This document shows, piece by piece, positions 8,711 to 17,775 of a stretch of 64,000 nucleotides of DNA. The notes under the pieces are model-generated. The model was not told the origin of the DNA and ran no database searches. It was given only the letters and a program-made list of their open reading frames with translations. A program made the translations under genes and the position numbers. Position 1 is the first letter of the stretch, and every line of letters begins with the position of its first letter. This stretch comes from a virus. Lineage: Duplodnaviria; Caudoviricetes. The stretch lies in the IMG/VR virus record IMGVR_UViG_3300047321_000298, positions 1-64,000 of that record; one strand, 5' to 3'.

Positions 8711-10531
8711 ATGGAAAGCGTATTTTATTATCCAGTGACCCTGCACCGGGGCGCTGTAGCTACACCTGTAGTCGCCGCGTGGGCCCAGTCACTTCCTAAC
8801 AGTAACGACATTCAGAGTTTGGTTCTGGTGTTGTCCAGTTCAGAGGGCACGCAAGAGCCTGGTATGTATCTGTGGGATGGTTCGCGTTGGCGTCTGACTA
8901 TCCCATACCAGAACGTGGCCTATGCCATCATCAACGGCGCGCAACTCGATCTGTATTTTAGTTTGTCCGCACCTGTGCAAACACCCACGACGGGAACGGT
9001 TGATGTCTGGCGAAACGCTATCGAGTTCGAGACGACGACGCTGGCGAGCGACAATAATCTTGTGTGGGGCGTTTCGTACGTACCAACCGAGGGCGCTGGT
9101 TCCGTAACGTCGGTCAACAACGTGGGTCCTGACGGAACCGGGAACGTCTCAATCGCAATCTCGAACATTCCGGGCCTGCAGACAGCGCTTGCTAATGCCG
9201 GTTCGGTCAAGACTGTTGACGGCCAATCACCCGACGCGAACGGCAACATTGTCGTTAGAGCGCAGGATAACAACGCAGCCTCAGGCGTGTCGCTGATCGC
9301 TGATTCGGGTGCGACCACAGGCAACATAAAGCTAACACGTCTAGTAGCAGGCTCAGGCATCACGCTCGCAGCGGATGCTAACGGCAACCTGAAGATCAAC
9401 GGCTCGTCACAGGGCGTAACGCAAGTTACCTCTGAAGGCACGGGGACTTCGTTGATCGGAAATGACGGGACGACGGGCGGTATCGCCATTCTCAAGTCGC
9501 TAGCTGCGGGTTCGAACATCACGATCACACCGGATGCGCAGAACCATACGCTGACCATTACTGCAAATCAGGCTATCACTCCAGCGACAACCTCAGCGCT
9601 TGGTGGCGTAATCGTCAAGGCCGGTTTGTCTGTGGATGGTACAGGCAATCTGTCTTTGGCTGCACCTACAGGCGTGAACCTGGGTGGTGTTAAAGCCGGT
9701 ACAGGAATTTCGATTGCAGCAGACGGCACTATCTCGGCTTCCGGCGCTGTGGCTTCGGTATCCGGACAGACGGGTACGGTTGTAGTCCAAGCATCGGACA
9801 CGTCAACTGCTTCGGGTACCTCATTAATTAGTGACTCAGGTGCTACGACAGGGAACATCAAGATCAAGCGTGTTGTTGCAGGCTCCAACATCACGTTGGC
9901 GGCTGACGGTAATGGCAACCTGCGGATCAATTCGACGTTGACCTCTGCGGTGACCTCGTTTGCAACGGGCACGTCGGGTCAGTTGGTTGGTGACATCGTA
10001 TTCGCTGCGGGTCAGGCAATTTCGTTGTCGAACACAGGCAACACGATTCAAATCAACGGTACAGGCGTTCCTGAGGCTCCCAACGACGGCACGCTATACG
10101 GTCGTCAGAACATGGGCTGGACGGCGATTCCGTCAACGGCGAATCCGATTGTTGCGGTGAACGGACAAACGGGTACGGGCGCTGTGTTGTTGGTTGAGGC
10201 ATCGCCTCCAGCCAATACGGCTGTCATCAAATCGCTCGTCGCGGGTGCCAACGTCTCAATCAGCGATAACTCCGGGCTCATCACGATCACTGCGTCGATT
10301 CCTGGCGGCACTGTCGCTACGGTCAACAGCAAAGGACCGGATGGTTCTGGCAACGTGACGCTTGCTGCCTCTGATGTGTCCGCGCTTCCTATCGTAGGCG
10401 GAACTATGGGCGGAGCCATCAACATGAACTCATTCAAGGTCACGGGGCTACCTACGCCAACTGTTGGGAGTGATGCCGTTCCTCTCTCGCTCATCACGGG
10501 ATTGGTAATTGACGGTGGTGTGATTGGTTAA
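8711..10531 (+). CDS. Modular fibre protein
   Basis: Shares the ASDTSTASGTSLISDSG..IKIKRVVAGSNITLAADGNGNL and LGGVKAG modules with 1..1293; also VPEAPNDGTLYGRQ motif. Confidence 0.75.
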   Translation: MESVFYYPVTLHRGAVATPVVAAWAQSLPNSNDIQSLVLVLSSSEGTQEPGMYLWDGSRWRLTIPYQNVAYAIINGAQLDLYFSLSAPVQTPTTGTVDVWRNAIEFETTTLASDNNLVWGVSYVPTEGAGSVTSVNNVGPDGTGNVSIAISNIPGLQTALANAGSVKTVDGQSPDANGNIVVRAQDNNAASGVSLIADSGATTGNIKLTRLVAGSGITLAADANGNLKINGSSQGVTQVTSEGTGTSLIGNDGTTGGIAILKSLAAGSNITITPDAQNHTLTITANQAITPATTSALGGVIVKAGLSVDGTGNLSLAAPTGVNLGGVKAGTGISIAADGTISASGAVASVSGQTGTVVVQASDTSTASGTSLISDSGATTGNIKIKRVVAGSNITLAADGNGNLRINSTLTSAVTSFATGTSGQLVGDIVFAAGQAISLSNTGNTIQINGTGVPEAPNDGTLYGRQNMGWTAIPSTANPIVAVNGQTGTGAVLLVEASPPANTAVIKSLVAGANVSISDNSGLITITASIPGGTVATVNSKGPDGSGNVTLAASDVSALPIVGGTMGGAINMNSFKVTGLPTPTVGSDAVPLSLITGLVIDGGVIG

Positions 10532-10546
10532 TGAGGGAAGAACATA

Positions 10547-11821
10547 ATGAACGTTAATATTCCAGTCGCGCTCCCACGGCTCCTTACTGCGGGGGCGAAG
10601 CCGACTACAGCGCAGATTCTGACTGGGCAGCTTGCGATAAATCTAGTTGACCGCAAGCTGTTCACGCTGGATAACACAGGGGCGATTCAACAGATCGGGG
10701 TGGCTTTATCTGACCTCTCTATAGTTGCCGCCACGGGTAGCTATAACGACCTTAAAGACAAGCCGAATATCAGTGGTTCGTATGTGCTGCCTGCTGCGAC
10801 AGCTACTGTCTTGGGGGGTGTGTTGATCCCTACGGCGGCCGGTTTGTCTGTAGCCGCCAACGGGACACTTACCAACACGGGTGCGCTGTCCGTCAACTCG
10901 CGCACGGGAGCAATCACCCTCACAGCTACTGACGTGGGACTGCCTACCGATCTTTTGTCGGGGCCTTCTACAACGGTGGCATCGAAGTATCTACCGGCGT
11001 CGCTCGGTGGTGCGCTGACGTATCAGACGACGTGGAATGCATCAACGAACACACCTGCTCTCGCTTCGGGTACGGGCACCAAGGGCTTCTACTACGTCGT
11101 GTCCGTGGCGGGTACCACCAATCTGGATGGGATCAGCACGTGGGGAGTAGGTGACTGGGCTATTTTTGACGGCACCGCGTGGGGGCGCTTGGCTAACTCA
11201 AGCTCAGCCGTTACGTCCGTCAATAGCAAGACGGGTGCAGTCACGCTTACCGCTGTGGACATTACTGGCTTCGCTGCGGTGGCAACGTCAGGCAACTACA
11301 ACGACCTGTCGAACAAGCCAACGCCTTACTCGCTGCCCGTAGCAACCACCGCAGCAATCGGTGGTGTGATGCTGACAACCGCAGCACAGCAAGCGGGTAA
11401 TTCAGCGACAGGCAAATTGGCGACGGTTGCGACATCGGGCTCGTATAACGACCTCCTAAATCTGCCTGCCAATCCGAATGTCGCGCGTCTTCCGGTGAAC
11501 GTGCAGGGCAATCCGAACGTCATCACCGAAGTGTTTTATGACTTCTCGCAAGCCTGCCAGTTTCCGCAAAACTTTGCGGGTTCGGTCATCACGGCGAAGC
11601 TCATATCAGGGACTACAGCCACCATCCGCATCATGCAATACAACACGGCAAACCCGTCGGGTGTGCAGGTGGGGACGATCAATGTGGATACGGTCAACGG
11701 CACGACTTTCACCTCAGTGGGTTCGGCCACGTCCTTCGCAATCGGGGATGAACTGTCATATCAGTTCGTGACTACGAACATCTCGCGTTTCACCGTGACC
11801 CTTCAAGGCACGTGGCAGTAG
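10547..11821 (+). CDS. Modular fibre protein
   Basis: LxxVATSGxYNDL repeats, LPxAT..LGGV, WNASTNTPALASGTGTKGFYYVVSVAG..LDGISTWGVGDW module (also in 2878..5292); C-terminal domain similar to that of 1..1293. Confidence 0.75.
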   Translation: MNVNIPVALPRLLTAGAKPTTAQILTGQLAINLVDRKLFTLDNTGAIQQIGVALSDLSIVAATGSYNDLKDKPNISGSYVLPAATATVLGGVLIPTAAGLSVAANGTLTNTGALSVNSRTGAITLTATDVGLPTDLLSGPSTTVASKYLPASLGGALTYQTTWNASTNTPALASGTGTKGFYYVVSVAGTTNLDGISTWGVGDWAIFDGTAWGRLANSSSAVTSVNSKTGAVTLTAVDITGFAAVATSGNYNDLSNKPTPYSLPVATTAAIGGVMLTTAAQQAGNSATGKLATVATSGSYNDLLNLPANPNVARLPVNVQGNPNVITEVFYDFSQACQFPQNFAGSVITAKLISGTTATIRIMQYNTANPSGVQVGTINVDTVNGTTFTSVGSATSFAIGDELSYQFVTTNISRFTVTLQGTWQ

Positions 11822-11843
11822 TAATCGCCAAGGAGAATAAAAA

Positions 11844-12989
11844 ATGGCTGTTCCGCAATTCATAGCAGCGCAAGAAGGTTTCGACATCTACCCGAATGGT
11901 GCCATAGCCGCCAATTATCCGTGGTTCGTAACGAACGCCGCGCAGCAAGGCCAGATTAATGCGACGGCCGGTGCATTCGGTGGATGTGCTTTGACGTTCC
12001 CGACTTCAGGTGCGGGATCAACGCTGGTATCGGGATTTGAGTATCAGTTCCCGTCCACCATGAGCATGATTCGAGGCAATACGAGCGCGGCCGGAAAAGG
12101 TTCGTTTGCTCTCAGTGGTTGGCTAAACATCAACACTATGTCGGCAGGTTCGGGCACCTTGCTCGGCTTGGGTACAGCAGGTGTGCCGGGTTCGTTCTAT
12201 CCGTTGCTCAACATATCTAACAGCACTGCCGGTGGTACGAATCTCCAGTTCATCACAAACATCAACAGCCCGACCTCGTCACCGTACAACTTCAACATCC
12301 AGTTGAACACGTACTACTGGGTGCAACTGCAATTCTCGTACTACAGCGCGACGAGCACTGCATCATCAGCAGTCCTGCAAGCCACGTACACGATCAACGG
12401 TGCTGCTGTGCAAACGGACATTCCAGTCACGTGGACCGCTGACGTGTTCTCTGGTGCTCAGATTGCCAATCGGTTGAAGTTCTACGCATCGAATTTCTTG
12501 TCCTATTTCTGGGACGATCTGATGATCCAAGCGGTGAGTGGTGCAGACACGAACTGGCCCTTGGGTGCGGGCGTGAACCCCACACCGGAAACCGTACCGT
12601 CGATCAGTGCGCGACGCATCTATACGCTGACCGCAACCGGCAACGGATCGCTGACACAGATGACGCCGTCTGGGGCTGAGCCGAATTGGCAGTCCGCTAC
12701 AGATACGACAGGTGCCAATTATGTGACTGCGACCGCCGTGGGACAGACGGATACGTACAAGTGGAATGCCCCAGCAATGTCAGATGTCCGCGCAGTGTCG
12801 ATTCGCGGCAGTTCGAATCGCTACCAAAATCTGAACGGCTCGTTCAAGACATCAGCGGGCGGCACGCTGACACAGATGGCGACTAATAACGGGGCATCGC
12901 GCTACATCGGCATTGCAGAAACCGATGGTACGAATGCATGGACGGCTGCGTCGATCAATGCTGCCGAGTTCGGCCAGACTTCCAAGTAA
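11844..12989 (+). CDS. Virion accessory protein, beta-sandwich (LamG/ConA-like) candidate
   Basis: SD AAGGAG; S/T/N/G-rich beta protein; C-terminal region similar to that of 13001..15193. Confidence 0.5.
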   Translation: MAVPQFIAAQEGFDIYPNGAIAANYPWFVTNAAQQGQINATAGAFGGCALTFPTSGAGSTLVSGFEYQFPSTMSMIRGNTSAAGKGSFALSGWLNINTMSAGSGTLLGLGTAGVPGSFYPLLNISNSTAGGTNLQFITNINSPTSSPYNFNIQLNTYYWVQLQFSYYSATSTASSAVLQATYTINGAAVQTDIPVTWTADVFSGAQIANRLKFYASNFLSYFWDDLMIQAVSGADTNWPLGAGVNPTPETVPSISARRIYTLTATGNGSLTQMTPSGAEPNWQSATDTTGANYVTATAVGQTDTYKWNAPAMSDVRAVSIRGSSNRYQNLNGSFKTSAGGTLTQMATNNGASRYIGIAETDGTNAWTAASINAAEFGQTSK

Positions 12990-13000
12990 GGGGTAGAACA

Positions 13001-15193
13001 ATGACTTTGAAGATGATGCAGGGCTTTGAAACAATGCGCGACGACTCTGATCTACGCGCGCAGGGCTGGGTTGCATCCCCGACACTACAACCGATGGCGT
13101 TTGCAGGATCGCTGAGTAGCTTGAATGGAGTTTCGCTGCGTTCTATTGGAGCGGGCGCTTCGAATACTGGCGCTCCCGGCGCATCTGGTGTTCCTGATCC
13201 GGGTTTTTTCAACACTGGTATCACCGTCAACCAAGCGTGGCAGGCAGGCGGCTTTGTCTGGGGCTTCAACGCTAAACTGAACGGTGCCGTTGCGAATTCA
13301 TATGGTACGAGTTCTAGCAACAATCAGAACCAGGTTTGCTTCGACGGATCATTGTACTGGGCTGTGCAAAAGACAGGCGGCGCTACATACAATGTTGCAA
13401 CGTCGCCAGATTTAAAAACCTGGACAACCACTACCGCGCAGCCTGCCGGAGGCACGGGGCAGGGTGCGAGTATTTTCTACATGGGCGGTGGCGTAGTTGG
13501 GGTGATCAGCGGAGCCTACAACAGCACGACGGGCAACCTAGTGTATTACACGAGCAACAATGGCGCGTCCTGGTCTACCTCTGTGCAGATGGGGACTTAT
13601 AGCAGTGGGTCGGCACCTGTTGAAGGTATCGGCTTTGCTACTGGAAACTCAACGTACCCTCACGGCATCGCTTTCGGCACCGGCGCGGTTATGTCCAACG
13701 GCACCTACGGGGGCATCTGGATAGGCAACCTGGCGACAGGGATGGTGCAGGTAGCAAACTTTACGAGTCTTGGTTTCTACGTGACCGGGCGTCCGTTCAT
13801 TCAAAACGGGATCATCGTAATCAACTCCCAGGGTACCCAGCAGTTCAGCGCCACTGCGTCGAATTCAGCGCTGAATACAGCAGGTGCGTGGACTGCATCA
13901 ACGTTTGCGGCTATCGGCAATAAAGGGTCATTGGCGTATAGCCCTACGGCAAATATATACGTCATAGCCACCAGCGCTGGTCTCTACACGTTCCCTAATA
14001 CTGGCGGTACCAATACGCCGGTTATTCAATCGGGCACAATTACGACCACGCAGCGCTCATCCGTTGCCGCCATGTACGGAGTTTACTGGACGGGTACGCA
14101 GTTCGTGGCACACGGCGCAAGCGGCTACATCTTAACGTCTCCGGACGGTGTAACCTGGACGAATACTTCGCATGTCCTGCCTCTCGCGGGTGCCTTTTCC
14201 TGGACTACATCCCTGTACGACGGATCGAAATACGTATTGTTCTCGGATGCTAACAGCGGAGTTATTGCAACCACCCCGGACATGGTTAGCAACTACGCCG
14301 TACAGTACGTAATGGAGGGTGCTGAGGGCAACGCGTTGGTCAACGGTAACGGTCACACTGGCGTTTACTCAGGAACAGCGCCCAGCCCAACTACCGGCTT
14401 GTGGACTCCTACAGCGAACTTCTTCGGCTTTGCACTGGGCGCGTTGTCGAGCGGCAACCGCCAGATGAACATCATCAACGCCGGATCAGGAACGGAAGCG
14501 ACGCGTACTCTGAATGGTGTACAGGCGAACCCGATCCACTACTTCGAGTTAGTGTGCAAAGCAGCGGCGGGCGCAAACGCGTTCACCCATGAAATCTGGG
14601 TGGACGGTCAGCCGTTGTATCAGGGAGCGACCGGAATCGTCATGGGTAGTGGCTCTAGTGATACGACTTCGTTTCTGATCCTATGTCTGGATCGTTTCTT
14701 TACGATTACTGGTTACGATGACAGTTACTTCAACCTGATTGATGGTCAGGGCCTGTCCGGTGTACTTGGTATCGTCAATATCGTCGCTCAACGTGGCGAA
14801 ACCGACACGCAAGCGCAGTGGGTGAAGACAGGTGGTGCAGCATCGAACTCGTTGTCAGTAAATCAGCCTGCTCTGTCCTCGTCATCTGCCAACTATGTCT
14901 CGTCATCCAATGCAGGTGACAAGGACATCTACGCGACCACTGACACGCTGCCAGCGGGTTACACACCCAAGGCTATCCAGAACGAAGCATACTTCACTAA
15001 GACATCAACGACCGCGCCGGTCGTCAATATCGGCTCGCTCAGTGGCTCTACTGAGAGTGACAGTGCCAACGCAACCATCAGCGGTACGGGTGCGTATGTA
15101 TCGCAGATTCTGGAGAAAGACCCGAACGGGAACGTTGCTTTGACTTCTGGTGCTGTGAACGCGATGAAGTTTGTGCTGAATCACATAAGCTAA
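13001..15193 (+). CDS. Large virion accessory protein with beta-propeller-like repeats
   Basis: ATG 13001 with SD GGGG; repeated S.D..TW / WTGTQFVA.G..G.ILTSPDGVTWT motifs; shared C-terminal domain with the previous gene. Confidence 0.55.
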   Translation: MTLKMMQGFETMRDDSDLRAQGWVASPTLQPMAFAGSLSSLNGVSLRSIGAGASNTGAPGASGVPDPGFFNTGITVNQAWQAGGFVWGFNAKLNGAVANSYGTSSSNNQNQVCFDGSLYWAVQKTGGATYNVATSPDLKTWTTTTAQPAGGTGQGASIFYMGGGVVGVISGAYNSTTGNLVYYTSNNGASWSTSVQMGTYSSGSAPVEGIGFATGNSTYPHGIAFGTGAVMSNGTYGGIWIGNLATGMVQVANFTSLGFYVTGRPFIQNGIIVINSQGTQQFSATASNSALNTAGAWTASTFAAIGNKGSLAYSPTANIYVIATSAGLYTFPNTGGTNTPVIQSGTITTTQRSSVAAMYGVYWTGTQFVAHGASGYILTSPDGVTWTNTSHVLPLAGAFSWTTSLYDGSKYVLFSDANSGVIATTPDMVSNYAVQYVMEGAEGNALVNGNGHTGVYSGTAPSPTTGLWTPTANFFGFALGALSSGNRQMNIINAGSGTEATRTLNGVQANPIHYFELVCKAAAGANAFTHEIWVDGQPLYQGATGIVMGSGSSDTTSFLILCLDRFFTITGYDDSYFNLIDGQGLSGVLGIVNIVAQRGETDTQAQWVKTGGAASNSLSVNQPALSSSSANYVSSSNAGDKDIYATTDTLPAGYTPKAIQNEAYFTKTSTTAPVVNIGSLSGSTESDSANATISGTGAYVSQILEKDPNGNVALTSGAVNAMKFVLNHIS

Positions 15194-15205
15194 CGGGAGG
15201 CTTAA

Positions 15206-15568
15206 ATGGCTAACCCCGTAAAGGCTCAAGCCGTAGCTCGACAGGTGCTGCTGCAGGCGAGCCCTGTCGCCAAAGTTCAGGCAGTGGCCCGGCAGGTGAT
15301 GCTGCAGCAAGGTACTACGGTCAAGGCTCAGGCGGTGGCGCGACAGGTCTTAACAATCGCGCCCACGAACACGCGAGATTTTAGTGTAGTGGTGGAGGCT
15401 GCTGCTGCGGGTTTCATCCCTGCACGAGATTCAGGTGTGGTCGTGGAAGTTTCAGCGGGCCTTCCGTATCAAGCCACAGACTCTGGCGTGGTGCTGGAGG
15501 TCGCTGCGGCTTCGACCGTAACGCCAGCGATGCCAATGCAGCGGATCGTGTGGTTCACACCTAGCTAG
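15206..15568 (+). CDS. Small internally repeated protein
   Basis: Three copies of (K)xQAVARQV and three of (R/T)D(F/S)xVVxEV; SD GGGAGG. Confidence 0.55.
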   Translation: MANPVKAQAVARQVLLQASPVAKVQAVARQVMLQQGTTVKAQAVARQVLTIAPTNTRDFSVVVEAAAAGFIPARDSGVVVEVSAGLPYQATDSGVVLEVAAASTVTPAMPMQRIVWFTPS

Positions 15569-15571
15569 GAG

Positions 15572-15883
15572 ATGACTATGTCTGATGTTCAACCCGGCAT
15601 GAATTTGAGCGTAGACGATGCACGGCAGATGATCCAGGTCTATGACTTCAATCAGACTGACTGGAACGCCAATACGATTCCGATCCCGGACGAATACACG
15701 ATCCAGTTTCAGCCGTCACTGGATCAGACCGTTCTGGAAAGCATCGCAAATGGTCGCGAGGTTTCCTACGCGACGCAGATTGCGTACGCGAATCGCCCGT
15801 TCGGCACCGGTTACATAACCGAGTCGTACACGGTGTCGCTGCAGCAGTTGCTTCCAAAAGACAGCACTACAACGACGGCATAA
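15572..15883 (+). CDS. Hypothetical protein
   Basis: SD AGGAG, coupled to previous gene. Confidence 0.55.
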   Translation: MTMSDVQPGMNLSVDDARQMIQVYDFNQTDWNANTIPIPDEYTIQFQPSLDQTVLESIANGREVSYATQIAYANRPFGTGYITESYTVSLQQLLPKDSTTTTA

Positions 15884-15964
15884 CAGCTAAAGAGTTGGGT
15901 ACGTGCACTCGATTGAGAAGGCGTACCCAACGACATAGGATGGTCAATTGAAGAAGGAGGTACC

Positions 15965-16249
15965 GTGAGAGTCGATGCTGCAAACCGACTTGCCGCAGAC
16001 GTACTGATGAACAACGAAAACGTGACTGTTGGATTTGATGAGAGCCGGGTAGGGCAGGTGCATGAGCTAGAGGGTTCCTCTGAACTGCCGATCTATCCGC
16101 TTCCTCAGGGACACAATCTGGACGACGGTGTGCTGAAGACAGGCATCGATTGTGATCCGGAGATGGCACCTATCGAACCCGTGAGCGATCCGGGAGTGCC
16201 TGAGCTAAACGCAGCGGCCCGCCTGGCAGTAGCGACACCGAATATCTAA
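15965..16249 (+). CDS. Hypothetical acidic protein
   Basis: Strong SD AAGGAGG before GTG 15965. Confidence 0.5.
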   Translation: MRVDAANRLAADVLMNNENVTVGFDESRVGQVHELEGSSELPIYPLPQGHNLDDGVLKTGIDCDPEMAPIEPVSDPGVPELNAAARLAVATPNI

Positions 16250-16259
16250 GTACATACCG

Positions 16260-16340
16260 TTCCCCAACACAATTTGATAGATGCAGGGACTTTGCGGCAA
16301 GTAACGACCTTTACTTGCGTATCAATTTGGGCACGGGGAA
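16260..16340 (+). promoter_or_regulatory. Structured 5' leader sequestering the RBS of the TraR-like gene
   Basis: TTCCCC/GGGGAA outer stem, CAATTTGATA/TATCAATTTG stem, inner hairpins incl. perfect GCAAGTAA/TTACTTGC. Confidence 0.45.
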
Positions 16341-16347
16341 TACAGTT

Positions 16348-16560
16348 ATGGACAAGGTGGACGAGGCTCAAGGGCTGATTGAAGACGTGAGGGAGGACCA
16401 TATTTCGCACATTCGCTCACGCGTAGGCAAGTCGCTAATCTTCAGCGGCTTCTGTTACTACTGCTATGAGGGTGTGCGCTCGCCTCATATATTTTGTGAT
16501 CTTGATTGTCGGGATGACTACGAACGCGAGCAGAGAATGAACAGAATAGAAGGCCGATAG
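16348..16560 (+). CDS. TraR/DksA-like C4 zinc-finger protein
   Basis: N-terminal DKVDEA = DxxDxA motif, helix, then CxxC...CxxxC; ATG 16348. Confidence 0.65.
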   Translation: MDKVDEAQGLIEDVREDHISHIRSRVGKSLIFSGFCYYCYEGVRSPHIFCDLDCRDDYEREQRMNRIEGR

Positions 16561-16575
16561 AGCAGAAGCCTCAAG

Positions 16576-16613
16576 AGCCCCGATCCCACAACGCAAGGGA
16601 TCGGGGCTTTTTT
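16576..16613 (+). terminator. Intrinsic terminator
   Basis: 12-bp stem AGCCCCGATCCC/GGGATCGGGGCT followed by T-run. Confidence 0.9.
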
Positions 16614-16655
16614 ATTGCAGTTTTATCCAAACTTGCAGAGCTAAGGAGTAAATAG

Positions 16656-17048
16656 ATGTCCACAGTCATAGGAAATTGCACGGACTGTATCGTATCGCTT
16701 CCGGCGCAACCGACGCATGCGGTAAACCTTCGAGTCCAGACATCAGTGTCGGACAATATGGTGATCCGCGAGACCGGCGCGTACCAGCAGTCGTATGCGA
16801 ACGAACAGTCATCCGATCTGGTGGTGCAGATCGCAAAGTCGGGGAATTACGCGCTTCCGTCCGGGACCCAATTCCTCTTCTTGCGTGTGTCCGCGCCGGT
16901 CTCAGTGACGGCTGTCGCTGGTGGCGTGTCGATGACGTTCAACGTTGCGGGATTCCTCATTCTGGATACGCCGTACTCTGCGATCCAAATTTCGAATCCG
17001 AGCGCAACAGCCACAGTAAATATGAATCTGACGTACATCCCAGCCTGA
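16656..17048 (+). CDS. Hypothetical beta-rich protein
   Basis: SD AAGGAG; 130 aa, followed by a terminator. Confidence 0.6.
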   Translation: MSTVIGNCTDCIVSLPAQPTHAVNLRVQTSVSDNMVIRETGAYQQSYANEQSSDLVVQIAKSGNYALPSGTQFLFLRVSAPVSVTAVAGGVSMTFNVAGFLILDTPYSAIQISNPSATATVNMNLTYIPA

Positions 17049-17053
17049 CGGTC

Positions 17054-17085
17054 AAGCCCCGCGCCTAGCAAGCCCGGGGCTTTTT
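17054..17085 (+). terminator. Intrinsic terminator
   Basis: AAGCCCCG/CGGGGCTT stem plus T-run. Confidence 0.85.
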
Positions 17086-17097
17086 GTTGACTTTATA

Positions 17098-17126
17098 TTG
17101 ACGAAATGTGCAGCAACTGCTAAATT
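17098..17126 (+). promoter_or_regulatory. Sigma70-type promoter with TGTGCA spacer motif
   Basis: TTGACG-AAA-TGTGCA-GCAACTGC-TAAATT (17-bp spacer) at the head of the accessory array. Confidence 0.6.
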
Positions 17127-17235
17127 CGGCTAAGTGTGCAGTAAATATGGTGTGAGTCCAGCAGAAAAGCCGATTCTTTCTTGGCGTGCTGGGAAAACCC
17201 CTGCCTTAGACGAACGTTTCCACGGAGAGTGACGG

Positions 17236-17775
17236 ATGGATGATCGACAGAAAATTGCAGCATTTCTTGAAACCCACGAGCTATCGAAGGGCCTAGGCTC
17301 CGAATCGTCACCGTGCTCCATTGCTGCAATCAACCTGGCGCTGACCGGGAGACTCACAGACGAGATTCCAGACTGCATGTCCGAAGTGATCGGGCGGTGG
17401 ATCATTGGTGTACAGGATGCCATGACGGACGACTTACGCAATAGTGTGCGGTGGAAAGCATTGCTACCTACTGCTGCGGGAACCGGGCGTGCGCACGAAC
17501 CAGAACGCAGCGCACTGATCCTGACGTGGATGTTCGAAAAGGTGTTGTCTCAGCTTCAAGGGCTTGCAGACGAAAAGGGTTTTGGTAACGAGTGGCGCAA
17601 CATGCTGACGCTGAGAACCCCAGGTGCTGCTCGTGCGGCTGAGCATGCTGCGTTTGCTGCTGCTGCGTTTGCTGCTGCGTTTGCTGCTGAGGCTGTTGAA
17701 TTTTGGCAACGCGCTGACCCCTGCGGGCTTTTGGAGCAATTGAGTGCGGTAACCGGGGCAGGGGGCAAGGAGTGA
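17236..17775 (+). CDS. Hypothetical phage protein with Ala-rich tandem repeat
   Basis: SD GGAG; C-terminal AAFAAAAFAAAFAA from GCTGCGTTTGCT repeats. Confidence 0.65.
   Translation: MDDRQKIAAFLETHELSKGLGSESSPCSIAAINLALTGRLTDEIPDCMSEVIGRWIIGVQDAMTDDLRNSVRWKALLPTAAGTGRAHEPERSALILTWMFEKVLSQLQGLADEKGFGNEWRNMLTLRTPGAARAAEHAAFAAAAFAAAFAAEAVEFWQRADPCGLLEQLSAVTGAGGKE

Noticed and set aside
345-11526. Many short minus-strand ORFs over the fibre genes
   Set aside because: Antisense read-outs of Ala/Gly/Thr/Val-rich repeats; they mirror the modules.
1-15193. Diversity-generating retroelement or shufflon acting on fibre genes
   Set aside because: No reverse transcriptase, no TR/VR pair with A-specific mismatches, no invertase or inverted crossover sites seen in the window.
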